Source: Mustelus asterias (lineage: Eukaryota). From it: DNA of 64,000 bases. Position numbers and translations under genes: made by a program. Location: contig NC_135804.1 in assembly GCF_964213995.1 (NCBI RefSeq), forward strand, positions 59,520,001 to 59,584,000. The letters are read 5' to 3'. This document shows, piece by piece, positions 49,006-61,252 of this stretch (the first letter of the stretch is position 1; every line of letters begins with the position of its first letter). Under the pieces are notes generated by a model. The model did no database searches. It was given only the letters and a program-made list of their open reading frames with translations, and had not been told where the DNA came from.

Positions 49006-52000
49006 AGGTAAGAGAACGCCATCTTAATTCCGTAAACCACGTTGAAAGTACATACAGAGATAACATTGGTGGGTTCGAAATGGGCAAGTCAAGTAATAAA
49101 TTCCGAACGTCAATTTTGAGTTTTGGCTTAGTTTTAGCTGCTTTTATTAAAAAAGGGTTTGGTTTCAACCTCTCACTTGAGAAAAATGAGCACGAAATAT
49201 TTCAGAGCAGCACTACTGGAAGTTTGGTCTTTCAATCGATTAAATAGGGCACCCTCTGCTCTGTCCGGTCGCCGCAATGACCTCATGGGACATTTTCGTA
49301 ACTGGGTATCGTCGTGCTCGCTGATCTCCTGATCAGTATTTCGCCTTTAATCTTCTTCGCTGAACCCGACGCCCGGAATAACGATCTGGAGAAGAATGTA
49401 ATGTTGATTTCCATCCAGCTCTCTCCGAAAACACAGATAGTTTCATCTTTTCCAGAGGACATCCAAACAAACATCTTCTAATGTGTTTGTCTCCGTGCGA
49501 TTCCCAAGCGTTGCACACGTCTTTATTAGGAGTCAAAGGGTAATTATTTACGTATGCAAGCTATGGCTGGATACCAAAGCCTTTTGGCTAACATTAAGGC
49601 GTCGCATCAAGCCCATGATTGGGTGCAATGCCTTATCTTGTCAGTTTGGACTTTCGTTGTCTCTCTTGTGGGGACCATGAATTGGAAGCAATTGAAATTT
49701 GAATTTAGTTTTTGGAGCAAGAAAAGAAAGAATTCTGGTTTTCCGGATCCACTCTGCGCATTGGTTTTCTAACTTTATGGAGTAAAAAATTAAAAAAATA
49801 AATCGCTGCATACCAAGTGAATGCAGACAGTTTCAATATGTCAGCTCAGATATATAACCGAGAGCTGTATTTGTATTTAAATGGTATTCTATATCTAATG
49901 AGAGAAAATCCGTCTTTGGTAATCAGGAGTTCACATTTATCTTTTCTATAAAAGAGATGTAACACATTATTACACACAACACACACACACACACATACAC
50001 AGAAGAATCCAACTATCGCCAAATGAAATTGAAAGCATAAACGCAAGTTTAGGAAGCTGATGGTTTTGTAATATTGGAAATGGTTACATATTTTTCTGAA
50101 TTGTGCTTGCCTAGGCCCTGGTTGTATTTATGGTATGGATATTTTAATAATTATCATTGAATCACAATGAGAGGATATCTTTGGAGACAGTTCCTTTAAG
50201 TTTGATATTGATCCAGTTGAATGCGCATCTGTGAGTCTAGAAATATAAATGCCGTGCTGAATGTACTTGCGGATCTTTGGACATTAACGCTGACGGGATG
50301 AAATAGGGAACTGTGTGTGGGTATAAAGTAGAAAAGAGTAACAAAAATAAAGTGCATTGTTTCGAAAACACTTTTCAATTTTGTTTTTAATAATCAGGTA
50401 AAGATCGGCTGATAATTTCCGCCTCTGTCCATAATTGCACAAGAGCAATACCTTGACCTTTGGGAATAAAGAACCCACGTGTTCAGATACAAGTGGAAGA
50501 AGAAATACACGAAATAAGAAAGAAGATGAAGAAGCCACAATCAAGACGGATGAGGGGCGAGTGCAGCATTCGCTTACAGTCATTTTAATTTGCATTTCAC
50601 TACACTATCTTTCTGTAAGATTAGAATATGAAAATACAATTGTAGTTGGCCCTGTGCAAAAAATCAGTTTAGTGCATTCCATGTAATGCAGCAACAGCAA
50701 TGGCCTTGTTTGAATGCTCATGTTTTTGTATTTTTCGGTGGGGGGGGGGGGGGGGGGGCGCGGCGCTGGCACATATCTTGATGTATGAATCTCGTTAATG
50801 GAAATTATTGTTTTCAATCAATTTAATTTTGAATACAAATACGCATCACAATACTTCCAGTAAGTAAAACTTTCATATGTCTTTTTATCGAAGCCATTGG
50901 AAATGTTTGCGAGAAACCGCCCTGTTCATGTAATTTAAATCTGAGATGTAATGCGGGACCATCAACAACAGTCCATGTTGGTTGTATTTCTGTCTCTGTC
51001 AACAGTCAGTAGGTGAAAACTGTAGTGGTTCGAGAAGGCAGCACAACACCATCTTCTCAGGGATAATTAAGGATGAGCAATGAATGCTGGCCTCGACAGC
51101 GACGCCAAGCCCATGAAGGGATTTTTAAAAAGGAAGGATTGCTTTCAAAAAATGAAGCCACTTTCGTCCCAGATGACTGCTTGTCTTTTTCAGGCGGGGG
51201 GTGGGGGGACGGGGCGGGGCGGGGGGGGGGGGGGGGGGGTGGGGGGAGCTAACTGGTGGTGCTTTAAAATGAGGAACATCGCGTCTCATGCGAACGACAA
51301 GGCTCAGGAGCCGGACCTTCATAAAAACCTCAGCAGATATGAGAACTGAACCTGTGCGTTTGGTATCAGGAACTAGCCATCCTACGACCTGATCTAACCA
51401 TCTCCAAGCAGTAGCCATGATCTCCTGGACGTTCAACTGACTGCAAAATATCTTGCTCTTATTTCAACTATGAACAAGACGATCTTCCGGTCAGCTGGTC
51501 CCAATCAGACAGACCTTAAAGTCAAGTAAACAATCGAGACATGTTTCAGCATAAATTTCTGTTGTTACGACCTTCTGCCCTAATTTAGTATTTGATTGCC
51601 AAGTTATGAACTTCACTTCAAATTTGGACACGTTTAATGTGGAATGCGATCGGACGAACCGTGGACGTGATTTTGGCACCACATCAATGCAAATCCGTCA
51701 ATTTACTTCACCATTGCAAGCGCACAGTCGGACAAACTTTCACAAAAAACAATCTATTCAGTTAGACACATCTGTACAATCAAATATCAAATTTTAAGTT
51801 GAGAAGTTTTCCATATTAATTACAATTGAATATGAATTATTTCAATTAATTTTAAAAGCATGTAATCGTTGACACTGAATCAATCAGTGAGAGATCGGTA
51901 TTAATGTCCACGGCACCCAAGAGGAAATGATCTCACCGGATCGCTAACAGATACCACCTAGTCAAACGCGTTGTTTCCCGTACTGAAACTGCAAACTGGC

Positions 52001-52234
52001 TTAGTTTTGACATAAACGTTCTTGTTAAACTGTACCTAAAAATAACTAATTCGCATCAGGAAAAGCAACAAAAGTAATCAATTGTCCTATTCCCTCAAAG
52101 TGATTTTCTCTCATGTGGAAGATTTCACGATTTCTGCAGCCCTGCCATGCCAATTGACATGTATATTTTGCATGCGTTTGCATGTGTGTGTTTTGTGTGC
52201 CTGTGCACATGTCGGGTGATATCACAGTAAGATG

Positions 52235-52325
52235 TGTAACAACACCAGGTTAATGTCCAACAGGTTTATTTGGTAGCAAATGCCACTAGCTTTCGGAGCG
52301 CTGCCCATTCGTCAGGTGGAGTGGA
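52235..52325 (-). mobile_element. Penelope-like terminal fragment with minimal hammerhead (B-specific insertion)
   Basis: Minus strand CCAC-CTGACGA-A-TGGGC-AGC-GCTCC-GAAA-GC-TA-GTGG; absent at the paralogous site ~29035. Confidence 0.7.
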
Positions 52326-53138
52326 CAGGATGTCCTTCATCCTTGCATGACCCATGCAGGTGGAAGTCACCGGCGAGTGAACAGCGAATAAACCCGCCTG
52401 GTCGACCAACACATTGAGGAAAGCAAGTCCGCCATCCTTACACAGTCCGTTCTACATGTGATTTCAACCCCACGACAATGTAGGTGACTCGTAACTGCTC
52501 TCTGAAATGCTTTGCAAGCTGCAAATAGTTGCAGAAAAGGCGAGAATTAAAAACAGGCATCCCTTGCCCAGTGGAAACTGCCAAGTCCTCCTCATTAACA
52601 TCTATGGATAAACACCAAAATTGGCAGAGGTAAAATAGGCTGATGCGTTCAAACACGTCTCCTCTTCCACCAGAGGCGCAAACATCCTAAACCACTGCTA
52701 AACAAACAACAAAGATGCCCACCGCTCTATCAATCACCCATACTTTGGCAAATCAGACCACAGGGCTGTGCTCCAGCTCCCGGCTTACAAGCAAAAGCTG
52801 AAGCGGGAGAATCCATCAAAGAAAGTCTTGCAAAGCTGGTCTGAGGAATCGGATGATCGTCTCCCCGGGGCTGCTTGGAGTCAGTGGACTGGTCACTATT
52901 TAGAAACTCTGCGACCAGTCTGAACGAGTACGCCACTAAAGTAACTGGCTTCATTCGGAAGTGTGTAGAAGACTGGGTGCCAAAGAGGCAAATCCGTGTG
53001 TTCCTAACAGGAAACCATGGGTGAACAGGGATATCCACTGCTTGCTGAATTCCAGGTCCGAGGTGTTCAAGTCAGACGACACTGACCTATACAGGTTGCA
53101 TGTGTATTTGAGGAAGGGAAAGGGTTAATGTTTTTTTT

Positions 53139-53915
53139 TGTAGCCAATGTATTTTGTGCCTAAAAGGTTGAACTTTGTATCTGGAATGCATCATAGCATA
53201 ACCCTTCCTTATGGCTAGTCTCCCCTTTGTTTATATTGCTCCTGGTAGTAGTATAAGCCATTTGTTCATGTCATTCATCTTTAACTTTTAGTAGCACAAG
53301 CCATTTGTTCTTGGTTTCATCTTTAACTTTAAGTAGTATAAGCCATTTGTTCATGGTTCCCTTGCTTGTTTATATCATTCTGATAAAACAGACAGTTAAA
53401 TGTAGATGTAGGGTTGTAAGTCTTACTTTTTCCATAGGCTTGTGTACGATTTAAACAAAGGAAGCAGCTATCAAATGGTAGAGTGCGAGAATGGCCGTTT
53501 GAAGGAGGACTCCCACTGGGACAGCTGCAATCACACACAGTCACTTCAAAGGAAAAGCTGCGGGAAGAGCAGGGGACCAGAGGTGGCACCTTGACAACAA
53601 CGACCAGGAGAATTGTGCTTTATGACCCAAGGATACCAGATAGTCTCTAACCATGATCCAGAGACTATCAGAAGCTGTTAAAGGAACTATAATTTATGAT
53701 CAAGGACTGTTAACTGGACTTTGCTTCATGACTTGTATTGGGAACCCTGATGTATAAAGGTCCACACTTCTTGTGTTCAGGGAGAACTTTGGTTTCCGCT
53801 TTCAAGGGGTCAAGTTCTCCCATAAGCTTGTGAGAATGAAGCCTACTCTATTTTGACTCATACCAGCCTCAAGAGGTATATTTACCGACTTCAGTATTCG
53901 ACATTGTATTCTACA
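53139..53915 (+). mobile_element. Putative solo LTR nested in the Rex1-like element
   Basis: TGTAG...CTACA termini, TATA-like GTATAAA, internal ~44-bp repeats at 53245-53358. No clear TSD. Confidence 0.45.
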
Positions 53916-53962
53916 AAGATGCATGTGTCTTTATATGCCCTGTTTGTGAACAGAACTCCCAC

Positions 53963-53999
53963 TTACCTGACGAAGGAGCTGCGCTCCGAAAGCTAGTGG
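53963..53999 (+). ncRNA. Minimal type I hammerhead ribozyme motif in a Penelope-like terminus (~53916-54060)
   Basis: TTAC-CTGACGA-A-GGAGC-TGC-GCTCC-GAAA-GC-TA-GTGG: core boxes, 5-bp stem II, palindromic AGCT stem III and stem I with wobble pairs. Confidence 0.65.
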
Positions 54000-56639
54000 C
54001 TTTTGCTACCAAATACACCTGTTGGACTTTAACCTGGTTTTGTGAGACTTCTTACTGTCTGTCCAAAAAGCCAGATACGATCTAAGGAGATCAATCAAAG
54101 ATGCCAAAAGACAGTATCGAACCAAACTAGAGTCCCAGGCTAGCCACACCAACCCCCGCGGACTATGGCAAAGACTGCAAGACATAACGGCCTACAAGAT
54201 GAAGGCGTGTAAAATCGGCGGCTCCAACGCACCCCTCCCTGATGAGCTCAATGCATTCCAAGCCGGTTTTGAGCAAGAGCTCAGCGAGAGCATGCCCTCC
54301 ACCCTGGAAGCCCTGGATGAACCTGTATCTGTGGTCACCATTGCAGATGTCAGAGCAGCTTTCTCGAAGGTAAACCCATGGAAAGCGACTGGCCCGGATG
54401 GGGTGCCGGGACGAGCACTCAAATCCTGTGCAGATCAGCTAGTGGGAGTATTCGCAGACACCTTCAACCTCTCTTTACAACAATCTGAAGGCCATATCGG
54501 CTTCAAGAAGGCAACCATCATTCCGTTACCTAAGAAAAACCATGCAGCGTGTCTTGATGACTATCGGCAGGTGGCTCTGACATCCATCATTATGAAGTGC
54601 TTCCAAAGGCTCGTCATGGCACGAATCAATTCCAGCCTCCCGGACTACTTGGACCCACTACAGTCTGGCTATTATAGCAACAGATCCACAGCAGACGCAT
54701 TCTCCCTGGTCCTGCACTCAACCCTGGAACACCTAGATAACAAGGACACCTATGTCAGCCTCCTATTTATTGACTACCGTTCAGCCTTCAACACCATTAT
54801 TCCCACAAAACGCATCTCCAATTTCCTAGCCTGGCCCTCAGCGCCTCCCTCTGCAACTGGATTCTGGACTTCCTAACTCACAAACCACAATCAGTAATGA
54901 ATGGCAACAACACCTCCTCCACGATCGTCCTCAACACCAGTTCCCCACAAGGTCGTGTTCTCAGCCCCCTACGATACTCCTTATACACCTATAGCTGTGG
55001 GCCAAATTCCCCTCCAATTCGATTTTCAAGTTTGCTGACGACACCACCGTAGTGGGTCAGATCTCAAACACTGACGAGACAGAGTACAGGAATGAGATAG
55101 AGAATCTGCTGACCTGGTGCGGCAACAAAAATATCTCCCTCAATCTCAACAAAACAAAGGAGATTGTCATCGACTTCTAGAAGTTTAAAGGAGAAGATGC
55201 TCTTGTCCACATCAATGGGGATGAAGTAGAAAGGGTCGAGAGCTTCAGGTTTTTAGGTGTCCAGATCACCAACAACCTGTCCTGGTCCCCGCATGCCGAC
55301 ACTATAGTTAAGCCCACCAGCACCTCTACTTTCTCAAAAGACGAAGGAAATTTGGCATGTCTGCTGCGACTCACACCAACTGTTACAGATGCACCATAGA
55401 AAACATTCTTTCTGATTGTATCACAGCTTGGTATGACTCCTGCTCTGCCCAAGATCGCAAGGAACTACAGAAGTCGTGAATGTAGCCCAATCCATCAGCC
55501 TTCCATCCATTGATTCTGTCTACACTTCCCTCTGCCTCGGCAAAGCAGCCAGCATAATTAAGGACCCCACGCACCCCGGGCATTCTCTCTTCTACCTTCT
55601 TCTGTCGGGAAAAAGATACAAACGTCTGAGGTCACCTACCAACCGACTCAAGAACAGCTTCTTCCCTGCTCCTGTCAGACTTTTGAATGGACTTACCTTG
55701 CATTAAGTTGATCTTTCTCCACACCCTAGCTATGACTGGAACACGACATTCTGCACTTTCTCGTTTTCTTCTCTATGAACGGTATGCTTTGTCTGCATAG
55801 CGCAATAAACAATACTTTTCACTGTATGTTAATTCATGTGACAATAATAAATCCAATCTAATCAAATAAATTAAATGCTCCGTTTCTTTCACGAAAACTG
55901 ACCAATACGAAACTGAAATACCATAACATATGGCGCTGAAGAATAATACGATCTAAACATCATAACTAAAATTAACATCAGGAAATTTACCTCAGACCAT
56001 TCAACGCGTTCGCTTTCGCAATGTGGGGATTCCTCTCGCAGAAGATTCGAAAACTTTGACGGCACTGGCATGTCACCTAATCATGAAAATATATGTGAGC
56101 GTGTGTTCATATGTTTACATCTGTAAGTGTGTGCCGAGGTTATACAGTTGCATAACTGTCATCCTGAACTGAGACATAAAGGTGACGTCATTGTCGAAAA
56201 ACTAAAGTAAACAATTTAATATTTCCCCAGCCAGGGAAACATTATGCAATAATAATTTCGCAGCCCAATAATCCGACATGGGACATGTCATTGACTCGTT
56301 GTACTAAATCCGGTAGGAGAAATGTGTCAGATCTTGGCTCCATCTTTGGTCCTGGGAATTATTTTTCTAATTTGGCAATAAATCTGCAAAATAAAATAAA
56401 TAAATTCAGAAGTAGCTTCTTCGAAAAATCACAGATCGTAACAAAAATATTTCGACTAGGTAATCTTTCACTTTTATGGTTAGGTTAATGTTTCCGATAT
56501 TTTAATCTGAATGTTGTAATATTAGCAAAATAACTCACGATCAAATATTCCCATTTATCTCATTCATCTTGTTGCAGAGAGAGAGCAACACTTTCGGAAG
56601 GTGATTAAAATATCGCGAGGACAGCTGTGCTTACGGTGC

Positions 56640-56925
56640 TTTCTGTTTAAATTTCTGGTCAGGAAGCCTCGGCTGCTTTCGTGCAAGTTTTAATCTTCGA
56701 TCATCCAATATAATTCACTGCCAAAAATAAAATAAACCATGTGGTGGTTATGAATAACTGTTGCCGGAAGTCAAGTGAAAGCACTCGCAACAGAATTTGG
56801 TGAATTGGCTGTTGTCTTTTCTGGTCCCAGGAGGCACTTTTGCAAGAGAAAACGTACTCGTGGTCTCACTAATGAGAAGTGCCGTTGGCAGAAACGAAAC
56901 CGCTTTTCTGAACGAAGAATTGCAA
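56640..56925 (+). repeat. Third copy of the upstream conserved block (others at ~9840-10130 and ~42675-42965)
   Basis: Shared anchors TTCTGGTCAGGAAG, CTGCCAAA, ATAAACC, AAGAGAA, TCTGAACGAAGAAT in the same order. Confidence 0.8.
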
Positions 56926-57189
56926 CATTTGATGTTGTCTAATTTTTATGTTATTGGACGTAAACCAACAAGTGTGAGGTGAAATCTCAATATACCAATT
57001 TGAAATCTGTTTGGAAAATAAGAAAGCCATGAAACAAAATGATTATTTGCTTTAAAAAATGTTTCACTGCGACTCATTTTATGGATGTGACTAAAGCTTA
57101 AAATAGGAGTTATCAGAAAAGCTGAGCAAGACACTGTTGGGCTGCTGGAAGTTCACATTGTTCTCTTAGCCGAATAGTTTCCTTCGGTA

Positions 57190-57860
57190 TGCACGTGCAG
57201 TCCGTAATGCAAAAGGCAAATGCGATGTTGGCATTTATCGGGAATATAAAAGTAGAGAAGTGTTGTTGCAATTTTATAGGACGTTAGTGAGACCACATCT
57301 GGAGTGTTGTACCCTGTTTTGCTCTCCTTATTTTAAGAAGGGTGTGTTGGCGTTGGAGGCAGTTTAGAGGAATTTCACCAGATATATTCCCAGGATGAAG
57401 TGGTTGACGTTTAAGGGGTGATAGAACAGTTTGGGCTTGTACTCACTGGAGTTTGGAAGGATAACAAGGGATCTGATCGAGGTATATAAAATTTTAAAAG
57501 AGATTGATAAAGTAAATGCAGAGCAAATGTTTCCTATTGACGGGCAATCGAGAGCAAGAGATCACGGGTATAGGTTGCAAGCCAGTAGATTTAAAACTGA
57601 GATGAGGAGGAACTATTCTCGCAGAGAGTGGTGATTTTGTGGAATTCGCTGTCCTATAGCGCAGTGGAGTCTGAATCGCTGAATGATTTTAAGAAAGGGA
57701 TAGACATATCTCCAACAAAAGAAGAACGGAGGGATATAGGGAAGAGGTGGGAAGGTGGATTTGAGATCAGGGAGAGATCAGACATAATCTGATTGAATGG
57801 CGGAGCAGGCTCAAAGAGCTAAATTTGTCGACTTCATTCCTCATTCCTATGTTCCTATTA
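57190..57860 (+). mobile_element. CR1 3' fragment
   Basis: GLYSLEF..DLIEVYKI..RFKTEMRRN; ends in CCTATGTTCCTA. Confidence 0.8.
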
Positions 57861-58689
57861 ACGGACTAACGATGGATTTGGGAAAACCTGGACTGAGTCC
57901 CAAACTAGTATGGTTGGCTCTGACCTGTCCTCTGAATAGGTCGATCAACGCATTCGGTTGCAACGAAACTTGAAAGAGAAATCCCGGCGTACCACTTGGT
58001 CTTGGCAAAGGGCTGAGCCCAAAACCAGGAGCAAAATGAAGATGAAATCATGCATTCGGAGCGCCGCTAATGGCGTGCGTTTCAATTAGTTTGCTTGCTT
58101 TCAAAGATGAATAAGCCGGTTTAAAACAATGTTGCTGATTTTTCGCCCGCTCCACTTCTGCTCTTGAAAGTGAATCAGTTGTGCATTCTACAATGAACAC
58201 AACGTGAGCGAACTGATCATTCTTCAAGCGTGATTCCCAATGGTGATAGAACGCGGCACTGGACCCAGAACTGACCCATAGAGAACGGTCAAATATGTTT
58301 ATGACTTGGACCAGGGAGGCCGACTGCAAAGTTGAGACAGGTGAGGAAATGAATTTCAGTCCTGCGCCCTGGAAGCCCTTACCGTTCCCGAACAGAGCAT
58401 CCAAATGGTCCTGAAATTGTTCAATTGATTTTTCTTTTGCTGCACTCTTCTAACTGCTACGAATTTAAATCGTAAAAAAATGGAGGTAACTACCCTTAGC
58501 AGGGATGGTGGTTAGAATTTAACATCTGGACGTTCTCTGCCAGAAAAGGTTGTTGAATCGCAGTGCGCTTTATATGGAGTGATATGTGGAGCTGCACGAT
58601 TTACTTCTGTGGTGCAATATTTTGGATGTCTACAATGTTTGCTAATACCACATTCTTAGTATTCTATAATTCGTATTCAAGAAGGGAAG

Positions 58690-60420
58690 TAGGGGGAAAA
58701 AACAAGTACCTACAGGCCTGTGAGTCGAAACTCAGTGGTGGGGAAATTTTTAGAAAACTTTCTGAGGGGCAGAATTAATCTGCATTTCGTGAGACAAGGA
58801 TTAATCAAGAGCAGTCAGCGTGGCTTTGTCAGGGGCGATCTTGTCAAACAAATTTGATTAATTTTTCGAGGAGGTGATTGCGTGTGCAGATTAGTGCAGT
58901 GCAGTCCATGTACTCTGCATGGACTTCCATAAGGATTCTGACAAGGTCAAATGGGAGACTGATCAAGAAGATTAGAATCCATAGGATCCACGGCAATTTG
59001 GCTAATTGAATGTAAAATTGACTTAGTGGCAGGAGGCAGAGTGTTATGGTCGAACTTTGTTTTATGACTGGGGGCCAGGGCCCAGTAGTGTGCCCAAGGA
59101 TCTGTGCTGGGTCACCTGCTGTTTGCATTGCACATTAATGATCCAAACGTGAATGTGGAAGCTGTGTTCAGGAAGTTTGCAAATGGCACGAAAAGTTGTG
59201 GTGTGGTATACAGGAGGAAAGCTTCGAATACGGAGTGATAGAGTTGGTATGGTCAGATGACCCCTTAATTGAGGGGCCAAGAACATGGTGCATATATTGA
59301 AGATAAGGAGCAGGAGATTTAGAGGTGATTTGAGGAAAACCTTTTTCACACAGAATGTGGTGGGAATCTGGAATTCACTGTCTGAAAGGATGGTCGAGGT
59401 GTGAACTCCTACAGCATTGAAGAAACCTTTAGCTGAGCACTTCAAACGCCACATACCTCCAACTTTCACGTCTGGATCAATAATGTACACTGCAAACAGC
59501 AAGCAACCCAGCACCAATCCTTGGGCCAAGTGCTGAAAAATGGGATTAGAAAATAGATATGTTAGGATGTCAGATCAGAAATCCCAAGGGATGGTATGAA
59601 ACCAGACTGGACCCCAACATTTTTTTTTATTTTTGGCATAAATGTGAGGAAAGGATACTTCGCCTTAGGAGTAATGCCACGAACAAATCAGGGATCTTTT
59701 GTTTATCAAAACACCTTTATTCATATCACAGTTTAAGCAAAAGTCTAACAAAATGACACATATGAACTCCTAACTGTGGAACATTCTTTAAACATGTAAA
59801 GAAACAACAATTAACTTCTCACTCATCACCAGTCAGCTCCAATTAAACAATATTTCTCTAATAGATTTGAACCTCTCTTTAAATATGGTTAGCATAACCT
59901 GCTCTGACTTGGAAAACAGACTGGGAGCTTTCAGGGAAATCTTTCAGAAACAGGGAGAGAGATAGAGAGAGAGAGCTGCTTGTAGGCTGCTATCTTTAAA
60001 CAGCCTTCTCCAGCAACTGCTGCTTTTTAAATAAAATCTCTTTTTCTGCTGCAAGCCCAACTCCTCCCATTTCTCACATCACATGATTCTATCCCTATAT
60101 ACCTAACTTACCTTATTACTTTAATCAAAACACACCCTATCAAGCCTTCTGATAAATAAACATTTACATGATTAAAATGAGTAATTATCCTGCCTTTCAG
60201 CATCGGCGACATTCCACCCATACAAAGGGATTCTTTGTCGGAAACCAGTGATTCTTAAAGAACCCCCCCCCACCAACTTTCCCCCTCCCCGCCCCCCCCC
60301 CCCCCGCCCCCCAAACATAAAAATGTTAATAGTCCAGTATTATCGCGGTGCTTGATGGCTGGCACAGATACGTTGCTTGAAGGGCCTCTTTCTGTGCTGT
60401 AAAATTCCATGATTCCGATA
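58690..60420 (+). mobile_element. Degraded, rearranged CR1 with an LTR-like insertion at ~59560-60346
   Basis: The CR1 3' UTR GGGATTAGAAAATAGATA|...|GGTGCTTGATGG is split by a TG-initiated ~790-bp segment with minus-strand AATAAA. Confidence 0.55.
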
Positions 60421-60931
60421 GTCATCAAAACTGGAACAGGTCGCCCGACGGAAATGCAACGAGTTCGCGTTGCCTTACATTATCATTAAATTCCGTGATA
60501 AAGGCTTAGTCACTGAAATTTGCCTGTTGCTATTAACTGGTAACGAAATGTCATAATGATGTAACTCAAGTGATCTGCTTCCAAAATAATTCAATTTTAA
60601 TGGCGCGACAGACATGCTAAAATACACAAATAGCTGTAATTCTTATCCTTTTAAGGCTTGTTAATCTTCCAGTTGCCTGTCAAACCAAAGGACGTACATT
60701 TGCTGTTCATTGCTTCCAAATTTTAAAGACTTCCATCTGGGTTATTGCGCCTTGTCCGCAACAACATGCATTAACTTATAAAGGGAATTTCTCAGAACAC
60801 GGGTCCTGTTTCCAAGGATCTGTCATTTCTCTCTACAAATACAATTCTTTTGAAGGACGTTGTGGGAGGCTCGGGAGGTCCCCGAGCAGAGATATTTAAA
60901 TCATTGACAGGTACAGGCGATGTGCCTTAAC

Positions 60932-61252
60932 CATAGAAACATAGACATCCTACAGTCCAGAAGGAGGCCATTCGGCCCATAGATTATGTACCGACCACAA
61001 TCCCACCCAGGCCTTATTCCCATCACCTTCATTTGCTAATCACCCTGACGGTAGGGTCAATTTAGCATGACCAATCAACCCAACCCGCACATCTTTGGAC
61101 AGTGGGAGGAAACCGGAGCACCCGGAGGAAACCCACGCAGACACGGGGAGAAAGTGAAACCTCCTCACAGACAGTAGTCCAAGGCAGGAATTGAACCTGT
61201 GTCCCTGGCGTTGTGTGTCAGCAGTGCTAACCACTGCGCAACCGCGCCGCCC
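60932..61252 (-). mobile_element. HE1-type SINE
   Basis: tRNA head plus V domain on the minus strand. Confidence 0.85.

Larger units (their letters stand above)
36800..52550 (+). repeat. Tandem segmental duplication unit B
   Basis: Colinear with unit A in the same orientation; lacks several A-specific CR1 insertions. Confidence 0.85.
52670..55866 (+). mobile_element. Rex1/Babar-like LINE, interrupted at ~53094-54062
   Basis: [34 protein letters not shown] and KFADDT motifs; (AAATC)-type tail. Confidence 0.85.

Noticed and set aside
58048-58404. 118-aa minus-strand ORF in non-repeat DNA
   Set aside because: No recognisable domain, splice context or paralogous support.
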